Positions 54,942 through 64,000 of a stretch of 64,000 nt of DNA are shown here, piece after piece. Positions within the stretch are counted from its first letter, which is position 1; every line of letters starts with the position of its first letter. Source of the stretch: Bigelowiella natans CCMP2755 (Eukaryota > Protista > Cercozoa); contig ADNK01000411.1 in the NCBI GenBank assembly GCA_000320545.1, forward strand, positions 4,783 to 68,782, read 5' to 3'. A model generated the notes under the pieces. The model ran no database searches. It was not told where the DNA came from and saw only the letters and a program-made list of their open reading frames with translations. The position numbers and the translations under genes are program-made.

Positions 54942-55496
54942 GCTGCTGTGATGCTACTCCTGCTCGAATCAATCCCAAAAGAGATAAGGAGGAGGAGGAG
55001 GAGGTGTGTTTTTTTTGGAGAGAAGTCAAAATTATTACTAGTCGGCTAATAATTTATTGTCGTCTATATCTAATAAAGGGGGTTTTTGTAACAGTGAGAA
55101 TAAATATCTCCCTTCGGGGAATACATCCAAGATGAAAGCCCAGGTGCACCAATCCATACAACAAAAACAACACATATTTGGGACCGCTAGGACATGTCTA
55201 GCTCCTACGAGTCCTAGACCTCTAAAAGCATCCCTCTTTCGTGGGGAATCTCAACACATAGGCAAACAAAATGTTCCCCTGGTAGCCCAATTATCATGGA
55301 AATGTATGGGATTTTTGGTACTGCGGCATAAATCTTGAACATTGTGGTAACGGCATCGGTGTAGCTTCGAGCACGGTGTTCATTCGGCACACAGCATTGA
55401 TTGTACATCTTGCAAGCAAGCAAGCAAGCGGCACCCAACGAGCTCCTAAGCAACCAAGTGTGGATCACGGAGACGACGAGTGGCGTTACATTTAAA

Positions 55497-57014
55497 ATGG
55501 GTGGTAGTCTCAACTTGGTTTATTTATTTCGTCCGCGAATGCTTTTCTTCTTTCTCACTGTCCCATCGATTGATTTGAGCCAAATCGGATCAGATGAAGA
55601 TGATACCAAATTAAAGGGAGAAGGTCGGTTTGAAGAAAAGGTACTATCTCCCATGATAACGTTCTATTATCGGACCCTGCCTTCTCTGAGAGTCAACAAA
55701 TTGATGATTAACCTGGAAATCTTCTGCTCCCCTTCAACCTTCTGCTCTTTGTTCAGTACGAGTTGACAGATGAAGAACTTGGGGAAGGAGCCACTGCTGT
55801 GGTGAAAGTTGGTAAGGACAAACGAGGTAATAAAGAAAAATCAACCTACAAACCGTATCTGGCAATGTAAGTATTCTTTATCTTCCTCCTCCTCCTCCTC
55901 CTCCTCCCCTTGTAGGTGTTGAGTACGCTGTAAAGATCATGGACAGAAAAAACGTTTGTATGGACGAGGTAATATTAATTTGATCAAGTCTACGATGCCA
56001 TCTTCACTGTGATAAATTCTTGCAATACCAATGCAACGACTAATTCCTATACGACATCCCTGGTGCATTGACAATACATTCACGCAGGAGAAATTTGAAG
56101 AGGAGATCTCTGTCCTCCGGCGCTTGAAACATCCTAACATCATACGTCTCTATGACGTCTATAAGACAAAAGCTAATATCTATATTGTGACGGGTACACC
56201 TCCTCAGCATATCAAAAAAACTTGCGCCGGTGGCATCATCATATCTCTTCTGAATGATACTTGTGAACAGAGCTGGCAACAGGGGGAGAGCTCTTCGAAA
56301 GACTACTGGACCAAAATTCGTTTGCGGAGAAGGACGCCTCAAAGGTCATTGGACAGGTTTTCTCAGATTGAAGAACTTCTCCTCAGTCGATCCAACCCTT
56401 TTCAGTACACACGAAAGCTATTTGAAGCCATAAAGCACATGCACGAAAAGGTTGAGCCGTGTTATCGATACTGATGCTAGTGACAGTGATACCTAAGCAT
56501 CTTGATGTATTAATCTTCTTCAGGGAATATGTCATCGCGATTTAAAGCCCGAGAATATAATGTTTAAGGATAATGCGAAACAGGTTAGTAACTCTCATCC
56601 TTCAACAATGCTATTGGCACAACTGCTTAATTTTTGTTTTTAAGCTTTGCTCGATAATAACATAATTGGTAGTTGCTGGGAGCATCCCAATAAAAATGAA
56701 GCGTTTCAAAAAATGACATATGAATAATTAGTCTCCACTCAAAATCGTCGATTTCGGATTCGCTTCTTCGCTGTTGGACAAGAAGAAAAAGTTCAGAACG
56801 ATGTCGCAACTTGGTTAGTAGAACATCCACCATCATGTTTCATAGTCTACTGCTTAAAGACTCAATATTTCAATTATTTCAGGTACAATGGGATACGCAG
56901 CTCCGGAAGTTTTCACGGTGTGTTGTTGTTGATTCGGTGTGTAATGTTTGGTTGAGAAGTATGTTGGATCAGGGAAAGGCTTATACTGAAAAGTGTGACA
57001 TTTGGAGTTTGGGT

Positions 57015-57052
<38 letters not shown>

Positions 57053-58060
57053 ACACAAACACACACATGCAACCACGCAATGGATGATGTGCATGTATAT
57101 GTATGTGTTTTGAAGTAAATATCATTCCCATAACTCAATATTTGTCAGGTGTCATTGTTTATATTCTCCTGTGCGGATATCCACCATTCGTAGATATGCA
57201 TGATGAGTCCAAGGAGGTCATTCGTTTGTTCATAAATATGTATTTATAACGACACTTTTTATTTCACACATACATATGTCTCTCCTTGACCTCAGGACGT
57301 TGAAAACACGCCATTCTGGGTTTACGTCAACAAGATGCAGACAGCTGTCTTAGGTGCCGAAGAAGGTGAAAATCCCGCACTGGAATTCCCGAGCAAGTAC
57401 AGCAATATTACGCTACTTTTTGGAAAAACACGGGCACATTGATTTGTTCTCGCTCTCTTGCAGATTCTGGAAACATGTGTCCCCTGCAGCAAAGGACTTC
57501 CTGAAACAGGTTAAAAAAAACATGATGTTCAGAGATTGAATCAATGACCATTGCGACAGTTCTCGCAAAAGGACTTATATGACTTATCCACAGATTCTTG
57601 TCGTTGATCCCAACAAGAGGCCGAGGGCATCAGAGGCGCTTAAGTAAATAAAATTCGATTTACGATGGGATGATGAATTCTCTAGTCAAGAATTCAGAAG
57701 GAGGAATATTTACTTCCGTTTTATTCCAGGCACGAATGGCTGGCACAAGAGATGTCTGCGAGGGGCAAGCATATGAATCAGACTATGCTCAACATGAGGA
57801 AGTAATGGGTGCCATCTAATAGTCATCCTAATCACAACACTCAGTGCTTGTTCCTAAAAGGTTTCGGAATATTCGGAAGTCCCACAACACGATGGTTATC
57901 AACCAAAATAATGCATCTAAGCTGGACGACATGTTCAAGGTATAAAGATGGCAATCTTTTTTTCTCTCTTTACTCCTGTTCGCATATCTCTACCAAAATA
58001 ATGACTATTTGAAGGGAAAATAGAACTGCATATCCGATATTTGCTTCTACAGACAGAGAT
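55497..58060 (+). CDS. CAMK-group (CaMKI-like) Ser/Thr protein kinase
   Basis: LGEGATAVV, YAVKIM, LKHPNIIRLYDV, ELATGGELF, HRDLKPEN, KIVDFGFA, GTMGYAAPEV, DIWSLGVIVYILLCGYPPF, WKHVSPAAKDF over ~17 short exons. Confidence 0.93.
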
Positions 58061-59073
58061 CGGGACTTATGCCGCATGTTAATCATATCTTCACAATGCC
58101 TTTCAGCATGTGTAATTAAAGTTTGAAATCATAAAAATATTGCATTTTTTATAAATGTAGAAACTGAAAATACGGAAATCAAGAAAAAAGAAGACGTCCT
58201 TAAAAATCGAGGGTGGGAAGTTGGTCTCGTCGAAAAGATAGAAACAAACTCGCTTTTTATAAGGCGTTTCAAATGTATTTTGCAAAATTCATCTGGGAAC
58301 CCTTGTCAGCTTGCAAGTGGACTGAGTTAACTCGGTCGATGAGTAAATTAGAAGTATTAAAATAGAATCAGCCAAGTGTTTTCTTATCTTAAAGAATGCT
58401 GTACACATCCGGTGGAGAAGCAGAGTCATCAGTTTTGCTCGGGCATTTTTGCTCAGGCTTGACTTTTTGCCGGCCAATGCGAGTTCGCACTGACGTGCAT
58501 GCATCAGTGTTGTTAAAGTAATAATAACATGGCAGATGAGAGTGTCCATTTGCTCTGAGTTATACGTAACGCTTTCTAGCTTTGCTGTCCTAGTAGCATA
58601 GCGTCCATAGATTTGCGATGCAAGATCATACATGCTAGCATGCATGTTTAGCCGTGCTAGCGTGTACAGTCTAAATAAGTACCAATGCATCTGACGGGGT
58701 GCCGCGTATTGCACATCAACCGGTGATATTAGCCACCACTGGATTTAGTTCACGAAAGCATCGCACGCGCAGTTCAAGAATATATTCAAGGCTGTTCGTT
58801 GTTTGATATAACGCTCTGGGTTATTATGTAGCCATATGCATGTGCAATGTATGCTATGACTGCTATGCATTTCATTGACAACTAGACAATTTGATTCATA
58901 ATCTGTTCCCGATGTGCAACTGTACGTTTTTCATGAACAATATATGTGACCACGACATAATCGGTATGTCAAGAGCTAGCTGTATCGCTCACCCATCTGA
59001 ATAAACACATGGCACACCAATTGATGGAACCATGACGAGTGGAAATCCGCTCTCATGCTTTATTCCTCGTTTT

Positions 59074-59116
<43 letters not shown>

Positions 59117-59139
59117 CTCCTTGCAGCACGTCTTCTCAT

Positions 59140-60262
59140 TTATATGTTGCCTGAAGCACTGGTTGGGATTCTTCGGTATTTCTGCACGAGAATCCGCACG
59201 CTTTTGTACCCAAGATAGCCAAAAGCCGCGACACCCGCGAAGCACGTCGCTAGAATGATGTACATCATGAAAGGCGCGGTCACCGCAGTTTGATCGATGT
59301 CTGCCTTAAAGCCGCCGCAAATTTTGACGTAGGAGAACGAGATTTTCTTGCCCTTTGGCTTTTCCAGAGGGACGGACACGAGGATCGCTGTCACTCCTGG
59401 TCTTCTGCAGTTGTAGCGCACTGTCAGCTGTGAGCTAGGCTGGCTGGCGTTCAGCGTGTTGCCCCGCGAAGCTGCATTCATTAAAATGGGGTCGCAGACG
59501 TTACCGCCGCCAACATCAGCCCCATCAGCTTTATCTTCGTAGCTAAGAGGGCGCGAATAGACGGACGGGTGCTGAAACTTGAGGTTGGAATGGCGGTTCT
59601 CAGGGTAAACAATGAAGAATGTGGTCTCATCCTCGCTGTCGTAGACAATGTGAGACTGTGCCGAGAGCTCATTAGCCAACCCCGTGATGGAGAAACCGAC
59701 CCTGTGCGCACCGCTGAGCACCACGTCACAGGCTTCGTGTCGCTTCTCGCACACACGTGTGGTAGAGATGTCCACGTAGGCTACGGAGTACTCATCATCG
59801 TTGTCGCCGTCATCATTCAGCCCGAAAGCATCTAAATCCTCGTGGTAATGGCGATCTTGATGCGAAAAGTAGCTATCTTGGCTCTGCGCTATCTCATCTG
59901 CTACGCCAAGCTGCTGGCCTGGATATCGATCATCACTATTACCGCTGTCGTCCCCGTTCTCCCAATTATTAATCCCCCCGTATGGAGAGGTCCTGCAATG
60001 AGCAGATTATGGCACACACACACACACATACACATAAATGCAGACGTTAAGACAAGAAGCACTGATTACTTCAATATTGATACACAACTGGTGGTTATGG
60101 TCGTTGTGGGTCGCCATTGCAATAGATAATAAACGCGACAAGCGACTCACAACCCTAGGAGAGTGCATTTCGAGGGGGAAAGAAGAATGAGGTCACACCC
60201 CAACCGCTCCTCTCTCCGCCTGGAAAGAAGAAGAACATGTACATGCACTCCAAAACGACCAA

Positions 60263-60293
<31 letters not shown>

Positions 60294-60510
60294 GTGGCTA
60301 GAAATCGAATTTATCACCGTGTTTCTTCTCTTTCCCGACGGTGTAGTTCTTTCTCCTCCGCCTCTTCCTCCTTGAGAGCAAGGGTTTCATTGAATTGGCA
60401 AGAGTCCGAAACGTTCAGCAAAGGGGATTTAATAAGTTGATATCCAGCCTCACATTGCGCACATTTATGCAGGAGTAAAACGCCATCTCCCTCATCTTCG
60501 GGCTCTCCTC

Positions 60511-60545
<35 letters not shown>

Positions 60546-61954
60546 CCCCCTGTATTCTTGTGACTATCATTAGAATTCTCCAGCATATCTTCCTCGTCTT
60601 CCGTATCACCTTCCCCCTCCCCGCCCTCTCCCGAAGTTGATTCCCACACCGCGCAGTGTGGGATGGGAGCGAGGGAGTTCTCCTCACGTGCGCACAACTT
60701 CGTGTACGAAAAGGCCATGCGGCCCCCACCCTTGAGGAGGAGGACAACGGTGATGGTGGTAGTGCCTTCCCACACGCAGTTGTACGTCACATTCAGCGTG
60801 TAGATCCTCACCCGCTCCTCTTCCACTGCATCCTCATTGTCATCTTCATCTTCATCGTCTTCGTCCGGCGGTAGGGAGATCTTGGGTTTGTTCCTCTTCT
60901 TCTTCCCCCCCCCCTCTTTCGCCTCGTTCATCGCTCGGGACTTCGGGTTGATGGGGGGAGGTTGTTTCTTGGTGTGGGAAAGCGGCAGATCATGGACGAC
61001 TGAGGGATTGCAGATAGGCCGATGACTGATGGCGTATACCGAGACGATAGGGATCTTTCTCCCCTCCCCCATCATGTTGATGATGGAGGATACAGCATTT
61101 TGTCGCTTAAGAGGTGGGGGGGGACGGAAACGACTGCCACTACCACCACCACCACCAGAACTATTGGTTTTATTCCCCATATTTCCCCCACTATTTCCGT
61201 CCAAGTTTTCGATGTGCCTCCAAACGAAGAATGTGCTATTCTTTTCTTCGCTCATCGCGATCTTGCGCTTTTGCAGCGGGCGTTCTGCAGTGACAGTCGT
61301 TCTTCTGGCAATGAACGGCATTGGCACTGGTCTACCCATCCCCCAGCTCATTGGCTGGTAGAGGATGTTGGTAAAGCCGTCTCGGATCACGTCGCCGTAA
61401 ACGGTTGGTGCTATCAGCACGGAATGGTTGTGATGATGCTGCTGCTGATGATGATGACGATGATGGTTAGAACCATTGCCGACCTTCTTCGGCCCGTCCT
61501 GACCATCATTTTCCTTCTTCTCTCCCCCCTCCTCGTCGCTATCATCATCATCTTCCTCCTCCTCCTCCTCCTCCTCCTCCTCTTCTGTGTCATCGATTTG
61601 GCGGTTGAGCTCCATCATCATCGGGCTGCGTGTTCCTACCATGAAACCGGCCAGTCGAATTTGCTCGAGCCTGTTGTAACGATGTTGCCCCTTCTTCTTC
61701 CTAACGTCGCAGAGCTTGGGGATGGTGAACGCGATCAAGCCCTGCCCGACAATAGGCACGCTCACAGTGATAACGGTCTCTCCCCACCGAAGACACCTCC
61801 ATTCGATGGCAAACTCCGCGGCGGCCTGACCCTCCTCGAGAATGATGCCACCGCTCGCAGCTCCTATGAGCCTTGCGTTGGAGATGCGGTCGTGCCGGAA
61901 GATCACGGGGCGATCCATCTCCATCTGGAAGGAGGGAGTCAATATTATTATTGC

Positions 61955-61989
<35 letters not shown>

Positions 61990-62646
61990 ACGATAATACT
62001 ATTAACAACAATACGGTGGAGGAGGAGGAAAAGGTAAAGGGAAAGTAAGGGATAACACATCATCTCATGGAGTGGGTTAGATGCTAATGGGAATAATATG
62101 TATGATGCTATTTCTAGCACAAGAACATCGCATATGAGTCTCGCCATTCATTTGTGAAACTAATGCTACTATGCACTCCCCCTTCTTCCCCGCGCCTCTT
62201 TCTATCATTGCTGCCACCTTTCGTGTCGTCGTCTCCTCACCGTCACCGCCCCCTCCACCCTCCTCCACCCACTCCTCGCACAATTTGCGGCAAGGGCAGG
62301 TCGCGCCACTGTCCCCCGCAGCACGACAAAGCTCGAGATCGGCATCATCGATGCATTCACGCTTGAGGCACTCGTCCAATGTTTCCCCCTCCCTTGTCCC
62401 CGGCGTATAGCGCACGAGCATTGTAGTGGTTGACTCGTTTTTGGGGATTCGGATGCTTTTCCAGAGGCTGCTTCGCCTAAACTTCATGTTTGTGGACTTG
62501 CCGAAGTACGAATCGAGTGGGTACCCATTTCTAACGACAGGAACAGCAGATACCACCTTATCAGGTTCTTGGCTGCTGCTGCTGCTGCTCTCTTTCTCCT
62601 TCTTCGTCTTCGCCTCTTCTTGTGCTGCTGTGGCATTTCCTGAAAG

Positions 62647-62685
<39 letters not shown>

Positions 62686-64000
62686 TAGAGGTGTTACAAT
62701 CTCAATACCAAAGCCACGAAGTCCCACCCCACCCCTCACGTTGACCGGCAAGTTGAACGGGTCTACGCATTTTTTGGCGATGACGAAGAAAGCAGTCTCT
62801 GTGACCGTTTTCACCGGTGTTCGATACGATGGAGAGCCCGGACGGACTTTGGAGGGAATAGAGGAACCGGCAGCAGTGTCGTCGTCGGCGTTGGCACCAT
62901 TATCACTACCTTCCTCCTTCTTTGTAAGCTTCTCCACCTCAACTACTCGCTCCATGTGCAGCATGATTCTCACCGTTGAACGGCCATTTGCTCGGCAGCT
63001 GAATAGCACATTGAGCGACTGACGTCTGGCGAGGTACGAGCTCCGCGGAAAAGACATCTTGCCAGTGACGCTTCTGGCGCCGCCGCCTCGTAGCGCCATT
63101 GGTGCGTAGAATTCTGGGATGTCGGCGGAGAGGATCTCCGGTCGTTCGGCAACCGCAACTGCGTGTTTGACCATCAGCGTGCCCGCCCCCCCAGGCTCGA
63201 GGGAGCTATTAGCATTGGTGACCATGAAGAACACACGATCTACACTGCGCGGCACCGTCAAAACATCAGCGGAAGAAGAGAAACGTGGCTGCACCGTTCC
63301 GTTTTGTATGACGTCACCGTCGTGCAGCATTCCGATGTTGAGGCCCAACACGCGCGGCTTCGGTTTCTCTGCCACGTGCTCGTCCAAGGAGCACACCTTG
63401 CGAAACCTCCAGTTCAGGTCGCGCATTGGCTCCCCGCCCCTCATACCCGTCATCAGCATCCTTGTCCGCGTCGAGGGGGCCGTAGTGAAGAAGGGCAGGA
63501 CGACGTTGATGACCGTCTCCCCCTGTGCGACGCAGTTAAACCGGATGGATAGCTCGGCGACTTGCATGCCATCCAGCTTCTCATCTTCCACAATCTTATC
63601 CCCGGGTCGTGACCCAACGAGCACAGGCGCTGCCACAGCGCTACTACTACTACTACTACTACTACTACTGCCACCACCTTCCACCGCCTTTCGCATCCCG
63701 CTGCCACCCGCTTCTCCAGGCGGCTCTTCTACAACGAATGGGGCTTCGAGGAACAACGGGAAACCAGCCCCTTGGAGCGACACGTAAAAGGTCACGGTAT
63801 CCTCGTACACAGGCACCTCAGCAGTGTTATCATCGCCCTCTCCTCCATCTCCTTCGGCTACACCATCAACCTTCTCCGTTGTGCTGTTGGCGGTTGTTCC
63901 CACTCCCCCTCCCCCCCCCCCCCCTCCTCCTCCAGGCTTCTTGCCTCCCCTAACGACGTTCGCAGCTGCCTGTGGGGCACATGGTTAGTGATGGGTTTCA
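59140..64000 (-). CDS. Large type-I membrane protein with at least 5 tandem Cys-paired beta-rich repeats (5' end outside window)
   Basis: Long exon ORFs 62077-63903, 60314-62011, 59140-59775; repeated [LF]x[VI]x[FYW]xC...GxTx[IV]x[VI]...K[VKLI]C module; C-terminal TM (FMMYIILATCFAGVAAFGYLGY) and short tail containing YRRI. Confidence 0.8.

Noticed and set aside
60415-63953. Long plus-strand ORFs antisense to the membrane protein
   Set aside because: Shadow ORFs of GC-rich coding exons on the minus strand.
1-64000. Nucleomorph or organellar origin; rRNA/tRNA genes; telomeric repeats
   Set aside because: Moderate GC, introns of ~50-300 nt and sizeable intergenic gaps indicate host nuclear DNA; no structural-RNA or telomere motifs were recognised by eye.

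Overview
Intron-rich eukaryotic nuclear DNA from a flagellated protist. A chlorarachniophyte-like alga is plausible (bipartite-looking leader, centriolar WDR90, short introns, heavy microsatellite load), but this is not provable from the window. About 14 protein-coding genes were reconstructed by hand across GT-AG introns: a PH-domain STE11/MAP3K-like kinase, PP2A B56, a TPT-family transporter, a NAD(P)-binding Rossmann protein, an HMG-box protein, a PDZ+GAR protein, a divergent YTH protein, RhoGAP/Sel1-repeat coding region(s), WDR90, an orphan, a myristoylated EF-hand protein, maspardin (SPG21), a CAMK-group kinase and a large type-I membrane protein with WIF-like repeats. Genes mostly alternate in strand. 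The strongest unexplained signal is non-coding: intergenic patches, best seen at 17.8-18.5 kb, are almost free of TpA except in CTAG and are rich in TG/CA, suggesting a context-specific TpA->TpG/CpA hypermutation process. No rRNA, tRNA or CRISPR array was seen. All exon boundaries and family calls are by eye and approximate.
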